Below the pieces are notes generated by a model. The model worked only from the letters and a program-made list of their open reading frames with translations. It had not been told where the DNA came from and did no database searches. From positions 11,106,655 to 11,170,654 of the forward strand of contig NC_134033.1 in assembly GCF_964204645.1 (NCBI RefSeq): a stretch of 64,000 bases of DNA, read 5' to 3'. Positions 63,665 through 64,000 of the stretch are shown piece after piece (the first letter of the stretch is position 1; the number at the start of each line of letters is the position of its first letter). A program made the position numbers and the translations under genes. This DNA is from Tubulanus polymorphus (Eukaryota; Animalia; Nemertea).

Positions 63665-64000
63665 GTACCGAGGGCTTATCCATTGATAACAAAATGCAGA
63701 GTAAGGGAACAGTTGCTGAAAGATTGTTCATTTTAATCAGTGTTTGAATACAAAAGCAAGTTTCTGAACAGGTGTTTAATGTTAACCAGTGTTCAAATAC
63801 CACGATCTAGGGGAAAGGTTGTTCAATTCTATTCAATATTCATTTCATAGAGAAGCCGAAATAGAAAATCAGGGATGAAAAATAAATTTACCATTTAAAA
63901 CGGCAGACGAAAATGCTTAACAGTGTCAAAATACCATAATACAAACAAAGAGATGCTGAAAGATGGCTTCACGTTAAAATACAGGGAAACAAAACCAGTC

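Overview
AT-rich, intron-rich animal genomic DNA. The gene set and the single-copy cohesin SA gene suggest an invertebrate bilaterian, possibly a lophotrochozoan (inference; the species cannot be fixed from the sequence). Spliced genes were rebuilt by hand from GT-AG junctions and reading frame. In order they are: the 3' end of UVRAG (+), UBAC2 (-, 9 exons), DHRS12 (-, 9 exons), an intronless divergent rhodopsin-class GPCR (+), cohesin STAG1/2 (-, 26 coding exons), a ~13 kb repeat-rich block with a ~240-bp higher-order satellite, and the 3' end of LRCH (-). Five observations stand out. (1) An unrecognised 89-aa secreted prepropeptide gene lies antisense inside a UBAC2 intron. (2) A secretory phospholipase A2 gene appears to be nested antisense in an LRCH intron. 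(3) LRCH has alternative terminal exons (membrane anchor vs PDZ-ligand tail), and the latter is copied by an apparently exact 2691-bp tandem duplication. (4) A TSD-flanked foldback insertion in a STAG intron carries two damaged minimal hammerhead-ribozyme motifs of the Penelope type. (5) A duplicated splice donor in STAG could produce a poison isoform. Many MITEs, foldbacks and minisatellites are also present. No prokaryotic features, CRISPR arrays, tRNA or rRNA genes were found.
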